From positions 1-32,000 of the forward strand of contig JAFSUW010000019.1 in NCBI GenBank assembly GCA_017450465.1: 32,000 nt of DNA, read 5' to 3'. A program made the position numbers and the translations under genes. This document shows positions 28,030 to 32,000 of the stretch, in pieces (the stretch's first letter is position 1; every line of letters begins with the position of its first letter). The notes under the pieces were generated by a model. The model saw nothing but the letters and a program-made list of their open reading frames with translations. It made no database searches and was not told where the DNA came from. Origin of the DNA: Clostridia bacterium (GTDB lineage Bacteria > Bacillota > Clostridia > TANB77 > RGIG9151).

Positions 28030-28062
28030 AAATAAAGCAAATGTAATTTGCTTTATTTTTTT
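28030..28062 (+). terminator. Rho-independent terminator of the small S/N/T/Q-rich gene
   Basis: 12-bp stem aataaagcaaat/atttgctttatt with a 3-nt loop, followed by a T-run. Confidence 0.8.
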
Positions 28063-28067
28063 ATTTT

Positions 28068-28288
28068 AGTAATACTGAATAATCAAAACAAATAAAGCGA
28101 ATACATCACGTAGTTTGTTAGCATTTTCCCAAAACGTCTTATGGTGGTCAAAAAAGCCGGATGCTTTTTTGAGTGAGTATGCGGCATGGAGGCCGTCATA
28201 CGAGCGACCGCCATTTTGTTTTGGCTAAAAATGCAACAAATGAAGTGTTAGTATTAAGCGTATTTGTTTTTATTATTCAGTAATCACT
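28068..28288. repeat. Imperfect palindromic element of about 220 bp, MITE-like or a structured RNA
   Basis: The outer arms 28073-28094 and 28261-28282 pair over 22 bp with one mismatch. Inner arms also pair: tagtttgttagcatttt with aaaatgcaacaaatga, cccaaaac with gttttgg, and atggtggtc with gaccgccat. The tip carries two sub-hairpins (28150-28170 and 28176-28201). The core is GC-enriched and lies between convergent genes. Confidence 0.45.
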
Positions 28289-28306
28289 ATTATAATCAAT
28301 TATAAT

Positions 28307-29071
28307 TTAGTTTTTGCTTTGTTTCCCCGTACTCTCTATTTTATAATCCTCCCTATAAATCAACTCCGAAACCTTAACAAAACTAAAACCCTTCTCCTTT
28401 AGCTTTTTTATAACATCAGGAAGTGCAATTGCTGTATCCTCGGTTCCATTATGCATAAGTATAATAGAACCATTTTTAGTTCTATCCACTATTCGCTTTA
28501 CTATCGCCTCACGTCCTATATTCTTCCAATCAAGACTATCTACATCCCACTGAATAGTAAATAGTCCTAAATCATTTGCAGCCATAATCACATTATCAGT
28601 ATACTCCCCATAAGGTGCTCTAAATAGGTCATTTTTCTTTCCAGATATTTTTTCTATCGTTTCATTTGCCTTCAATATCTCACTTTTTGCCTCATCATAA
28701 GAAAGTGCTGCAATGTGTGGATGCGAATATGAATGATTAGCAACATCATGGCCTTCTTGAACCATCTTTTTTATTACTTCCGGATACTTTTCTGCCCACT
28801 GCCCTAATACGAAAAACGTTGCTTTAACATCCTCTTCCTGCAATGTAGCAAGTATACTATCTATATCCTCTGCTCCCCATGCACTATCAAAAGTAAGTGC
28901 AATTTTCGGCTCCGCAGTATCCACATTATAAATAGGTACCAATTTACCACCAGCAATAGTTTCTATGATACTATAATCAAATTTTCCTGCAACAAAAAAA
29001 GTAGTACAAATTAAAAATAATATCCCTATGTAATGAAATATTTTTCGTTTATCTGTTACAAAAATTTTCAT
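28307..29071 (-). CDS. NodB-domain polysaccharide deacetylase, PdaA/PdaB-like
   Basis: N-terminal TM segment and NodB motifs TFDSAWG, HSYSHPH, RAPYGEY, DVDSLDW and IILMHNG. GGAGTG RBS lies 8 nt before ATG 29071, giving 254 aa. Confidence 0.8.
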   Translation of the reverse strand: MKIFVTDKRKIFHYIGILFLICTTFFVAGKFDYSIIETIAGGKLVPIYNVDTAEPKIALTFDSAWGAEDIDSILATLQEEDVKATFFVLGQWAEKYPEVIKKMVQEGHDVANHSYSHPHIAALSYDEAKSEILKANETIEKISGKKNDLFRAPYGEYTDNVIMAANDLGLFTIQWDVDSLDWKNIGREAIVKRIVDRTKNGSIILMHNGTEDTAIALPDVIKKLKEKGFSFVKVSELIYREDYKIESTGKQSKN

Positions 29072-29136
29072 AAAAAACACACTCCATGTCATATATACTC
29101 ATGTATATGCAAAATAAAGTGTGTCTAGTATAAAAA

Positions 29137-29437
29137 TCAAAAATTACTTTTTGAATATCTTACAGTAACAATAACAACATATTTCTTTTGTTCATCAATC
29201 CTATATAATATTAAAATTTTTGATAATTATTTGTCTATATTTATGATCAGCGTACATACCTATATCTCTTAAGTTCCCTCTATATGGTAATCCTTCCAAA
29301 CTAAATATTGCTTCTTCAATTTCATCTATTATTTTTGTTGCAATTTCTTCTTCTAATAAATATCTAGAAATATAACTATAAATATTTTCAATATCTTTGT
29401 ATGCTTTAGGTAGTAACTTTATAGTATATTTATCCAA
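29137..29437 (-). pseudogene. ParE/RelE-family toxin disrupted by a frameshift
   Basis: The first 78 codons (TTG 29437 after AAGGAGG; MDKYTIKLLPKAYKDIENIY...YRQIIIKNFNII) stop at TAG 29203-29201. The family-typical C-terminus, YRIDEQKKYVVIVTVRYSKSNF then stop, continues in the +1 frame from 29205 to 29137. The shift lies inside the tract attatatagg. Confidence 0.75.
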
Positions 29438-29690
29438 AATATTTCCTCCTTAATTTTTTTAATGCATCGCGTCCATCGATTAAACTATTCTCATCATTTT
29501 CCTTTTCGGCTTCTTTTATATCTAAGTCCTCTTGTGCTATTTCAAATAATTTTTCATAAGTTTCAATACTCATAATAACTAAATCACCATATCCATTTTT
29601 AGTAATAAATAAAGGTTCACCTTGTTTATGGCATATATCTGAAATTTCATTTGTATTTCTCAAATCTGTAATTGGCCTTATCTGTGGCAT
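29430..29690 (-). CDS. Phd/YefM-family antitoxin
   Basis: The N-terminus IRPITDLRNTNEISDICHKQGEPLFITKNGYGDLVIMSIETYEKL is typical of the family. GGAGG RBS lies 7 nt before the ATG. The 3' end overlaps the toxin start by 8 nt (TTGGATAA). Confidence 0.8.
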   Translation of the reverse strand: MPQIRPITDLRNTNEISDICHKQGEPLFITKNGYGDLVIMSIETYEKLFEIAQEDLDIKEAEKENDENSLIDGRDALKKLRRKYFG

Positions 29691-29705
29691 AAAAGCACCT
29701 CCGTT

Positions 29706-29742
29706 TGTACATTATTATATCATTATTATGTACAAAAGTAAA
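29706..29742 (-). promoter_or_regulatory. TA-module promoter with two TGTACA operator-like boxes
   Basis: Minus strand: TTTACT (29742-29737), 17 nt, TATAAT (29719-29714). Palindromic TGTACA hexamers at 29729-29734 and 29706-29711, 23 bp apart, flank the -10 box. Confidence 0.5.
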
Positions 29743-29750
29743 GTATTTTA

Positions 29751-29772
29751 AAAGGACGATCACTCGTCCTTT
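29751..29772 (-). terminator. Hairpin at the 3' end of the J-domain gene, a possible terminator
   Basis: Perfect 9-bp stem aaaggacga/tcgtccttt that encloses the stop codon. The U-tract is weak. Confidence 0.4.
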
Positions 29773-30710
29773 TTCATCTCTTCTCTAGGTGAATATTTAG
29801 ATACTTCAGAAAGTTCCTTAAATAACTCTCTTTCCTTATCTGTTAACTTATCTGGCACCATTATCTGAACCTTGCCTATTAAATCTCCTCTGCCATCACC
29901 TTTTCTATAGCCCTTCCCATGAACCCTTAGTTTACTTCCTGTTTGAATTCCATTTGGTACTTTTATACTTAACTTACCATCTACTGTATCAACTACGGCT
30001 CTTGTTCCAAATACTGCTTCCCAAGGGGTTATATTAATATCTGTAAGTAAATCTACACCTTTTAATTTTAATTTGTCACCATCTTTTACATTAATCTTTA
30101 TATATAGATCTCCTGGAGGTGCTCCAACCGTTCCCGGATGCCCTTTACCAAGAATTTTTATTTTCTCACCACTTAAAATTCCTGCTGGTATAGTAAAATC
30201 ATATTCTTTTGCAATATTACCAACTTCTTTTACTGTTATTATCGCTTGTTTTCCAAAAAAGGCCTCTTCTAAAGTCACATCATATTCAAGTTCTATATCA
30301 TCACCCTTTTTGAACAAAAGCTCCTCTTCATGTGCTACATTGTCAAAAATCGCATCATCAAATTCCATAGAATCATTGGCAAAAAACAAATTAAAGAAGT
30401 AGCTAAAAGCACCATTTTCATCGATTTTTATATCTTCTTTCTTGTTAAAGCCAAATTTCTTAGGGTCAAAATCAAAACCCGCCATAAAATTAAATCTATT
30501 GATTAGAGCATCGTACTTTTTCTTTTTCTTCTCATCACTTAATACTTCATATGCTTCATTTATTTCTTTTATTTTTTCTTCCGCTTCTAGATTCCCTATG
30601 TTTGAATCTGGATGATACATTTTAGCAAAATGTCTATATGCTTTTTTTATTTCGTCTGCTGATGCATTTCTTTTTATCTCTAGTAGTGCATAATAATCTT
30701 TATATTTCAT
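29760..30710 (-). CDS. J-domain co-chaperone without a zinc finger (CbpA-like, class II DnaJ)
   Basis: J domain DYYALLEI...AYRHFAKMYHPD with the HPD motif, followed by DnaJ C-terminal beta domains (GEKIKILGKGHPG...GDLYIKINV...LRVHGKGY). There is no CxxCxGxG repeat. Confidence 0.85.
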   Translation of the reverse strand: MKYKDYYALLEIKRNASADEIKKAYRHFAKMYHPDSNIGNLEAEEKIKEINEAYEVLSDEKKKKKYDALINRFNFMAGFDFDPKKFGFNKKEDIKIDENGAFSYFFNLFFANDSMEFDDAIFDNVAHEEELLFKKGDDIELEYDVTLEEAFFGKQAIITVKEVGNIAKEYDFTIPAGILSGEKIKILGKGHPGTVGAPPGDLYIKINVKDGDKLKLKGVDLLTDINITPWEAVFGTRAVVDTVDGKLSIKVPNGIQTGSKLRVHGKGYRKGDGRGDLIGKVQIMVPDKLTDKERELFKELSEVSKYSPREEMKKDE

Positions 30711-30743
30711 AGTAACTCTACTCCATTCATTAGTATATTTAAT

Positions 30744-31088
30744 CTATAAAACGTTTGCTTTATTTATTATTTCATCTAGCATTATTTGATTTGTATTGGA
30801 CATTTCTTCAAATTCAACTGCGTAAGTGTTTTCTCCTTCAATTCTCTTTAGTGACGCTTTTGTCTTAAACGAAAACTCTGACATACCACTTAATACATTA
30901 ACTTTTATATAACAAACATCTTCAACTTTAAGTTTTGGTGAATAGAACTTCGCACCACTTGCTGATATATCGTGTAATTTTACCTCAAACCATCTTGAAT
31001 TATCGTTTGAAACATAAAATTTACATATTACTTGTTCTGTCCTCTTAAAGCTCCTTCTCGCCTTATCCTCTTTATAATTATTATCCAT
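30744..31088 (-). CDS. Single-domain PilZ protein, predicted c-di-GMP receptor
   Basis: Both halves of the binding signature are intact: RRSFKR (RRxxxR) and DISASG (DxSxxG). GGAGG RBS lies 6 nt before the ATG. Confidence 0.85.
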   Translation of the reverse strand: MDNNYKEDKARRSFKRTEQVICKFYVSNDNSRWFEVKLHDISASGAKFYSPKLKVEDVCYIKVNVLSGMSEFSFKTKASLKRIEGENTYAVEFEEMSNTNQIMLDEIINKANVL

Positions 31089-31108
31089 TGTAGTCCTCCT
31101 AATATAGA

Positions 31109-31447
31109 TTATTCATCTTTTGCAACTTTATATGTATTATTAAGTTTCGTGGAAAGTTGTTTATACATCATATCTGCAATACCAATTCCTCTGCCTTTTG
31201 ACAAACTGTTTGCAATTTCCTCATCTAGTAACTCTGTATATGTACTCTCAGCAAATGATGTATCAGTTGTAGGCACTGATTTTCTCATCTCTTTTAGTAA
31301 CATATTAACAAAAATTGCTTCAAAATCTTGGCATGCCGCCTTTAATTCTTCTGCATCCTTTTCGTCATACGCTTTTGTGAGTCTGCTTGATGCCGATAAA
31401 CTATTATCTTGTGTAGGAATATACGGTGTGTAGCCATTTATCTCCAT
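31109..31447 (-). CDS. Rod-binding protein (FlgJ N-terminal domain-like, no muramidase domain)
   Basis: ACQDFEAIFVNMLLKEMRKS matches the rod-binding domain pattern. GGAG RBS precedes ATG 31447. The track TTG 31483 lies at or upstream of the predicted transcription start. Confidence 0.75.
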   Translation of the reverse strand: MEINGYTPYIPTQDNSLSASSRLTKAYDEKDAEELKAACQDFEAIFVNMLLKEMRKSVPTTDTSFAESTYTELLDEEIANSLSKGRGIGIADMMYKQLSTKLNNTYKVAKDE

Positions 31448-31487
31448 AAATTCCACGCTCCTTTTAATTATCTTTCGGTACAAAGTT

Positions 31488-31516
31488 ATTGTATATTATT
31501 TTTTTACAAGTATCAA
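31488..31516 (-). promoter_or_regulatory. Sigma-A-type promoter of the rod-binding/PilZ/J-domain operon
   Basis: Minus strand: TTGATA (31516-31511), 17 nt, TACAAT (31493-31488). Confidence 0.5.
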
Positions 31517-31536
31517 CATTTTTTTATACTAAATTA

Positions 31537-31680
31537 TCTTTTAGATATTAATTTAAAATACTATTGCAGTAAAGCCACTTACGTGGCTTCACTCACATTA
31601 TAGGTCGAAGAACGTATAATGTGCACAATGGGACGGGGCTTTGTGACAAAAAATGTCACAAACCCACCGTCCCTTATTTC
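31537..31680 (+). ncRNA. Candidate small RNA of about 140 nt with three hairpins; hypothesis only
   Basis: Plus-strand promoter TTTACA (31503-31508), 16 nt, TATACT (31525-31530). Hairpins at 31572-31589 (7 bp), 31594-31623 (9 bp perfect) and 31630-31673 (7 + 9 bp with an internal bulge). The last is followed by ttattt. There is no ORF with an RBS. Confidence 0.3.
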
Positions 31681-31704
31681 ATCAAAATTTTATTCAATTA
31701 AAAA

Positions 31705-32000
31705 TTATCTTCTTAAAGTATTTGCCTGGTTTAACATGTCATCAGACGCTTGTATTATTTTTGAATTTATCTCATATGCTCTTTGTGCTACAATTAAGTT
31801 TACCATTTCATCAACTAATTGAACGTTTGAGGTTTCAAGATATCCTTGCATTATTCTGCTTCTTGTTTCTCCTTCTTCTAACTCTTGTTCAGAAAGAGGT
31901 TCACCAGATGCTACTGTTGGTCTAAAGTTATTGCTACCAAGACTCTCAAGACCTGCAGGATTCCTAAACTTAACAACATTTAATATCATTCCAGAATTTT
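31705..32000 (-). CDS. flgG: Flagellar basal-body rod protein FlgG; C-terminal part, the 5' end lies beyond the window
   Basis: The C-terminal signature [36 protein letters not shown] is typical of FlgG/FlgF. The frame stays open to position 32000. Confidence 0.85.
   Translation of the reverse strand, partial: NSGMILNVVKFRNPAGLESLGSNNFRPTVASGEPLSEQELEEGETRSRIMQGYLETSNVQLVDEMVNLIVAQRAYEINSKIIQASDDMLNQANTLRR

Noticed and set aside
31630-31673. c-di-GMP-I (GEMM-I) riboswitch in the flgG / rod-binding spacer
   Set aside because: Only a short resemblance exists (acaaagcccc against the GCAAAGCC core). The paired GNRA tetraloop/receptor hairpins and the conserved GGCAAACC segment are absent.
1-32000. 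CRISPR arrays, tRNA/rRNA genes, transposases, integrases and recognisable defence genes
   Set aside because: I scanned the spacers and the ORF list. There are no regularly spaced direct repeats, no cloverleaf-like GC islands other than the SRP RNA and the palindromic elements, and no ORF with recombinase, nuclease-helicase or reverse-transcriptase motifs.

Overview
This is a visibly AT-rich chromosomal window of Firmicutes/Clostridia type, from a motile and probably spore-forming organism. Most of it is core housekeeping in recognisable syntenic blocks. From left to right: a large unknown membrane protein, then veg, then rnc-acpP-plsX on the minus strand. Next come SRP RNA, an HD-GYP phosphodiesterase, dnaX, ybaB and recR. 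The minus strand then carries DUF4321-radC-mreB-mreC-mreD-mrdA-minC plus a small unknown ORF. After that: pncB-pncA, aqpZ, rubrerythrin, and an ANL-superfamily protein paired with a TGS/uridine-kinase fusion. Then dprA-topA and motA-motB with a sigma-D-type promoter. The region from 26.8 to 31.7 kb is looser. It holds a tandem-OB SSB-like protein, a small S/N/T/Q-rich protein, a NodB deacetylase, a Phd/ParE toxin-antitoxin pair, a rod-binding/PilZ/J-domain operon and the 3' end of flgG. I saw no rRNA, tRNA, CRISPR array, transposase, integrase or obvious defence gene, and I cannot point to a clear new multi-gene system. The most unusual items are: (1) a self-contained flagellar-adjacent operon coupling a PilZ c-di-GMP receptor to a J-domain co-chaperone; (2) a ParE/RelE toxin broken by a frameshift in a TA tract while its antitoxin and operator look intact; (3) three GC-enriched, strongly palindromic intergenic elements, one with about 37-bp terminal inverted repeats and one that looks like a promoter-to-terminator small RNA; (4) an ANL protein with a degenerate ATP-binding P-loop; (5) minC without minD/minE at the conserved position. 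Several start codons were moved from the ORF track on the basis of RBS spacing. All family assignments come from motif recognition by eye, not from searches.
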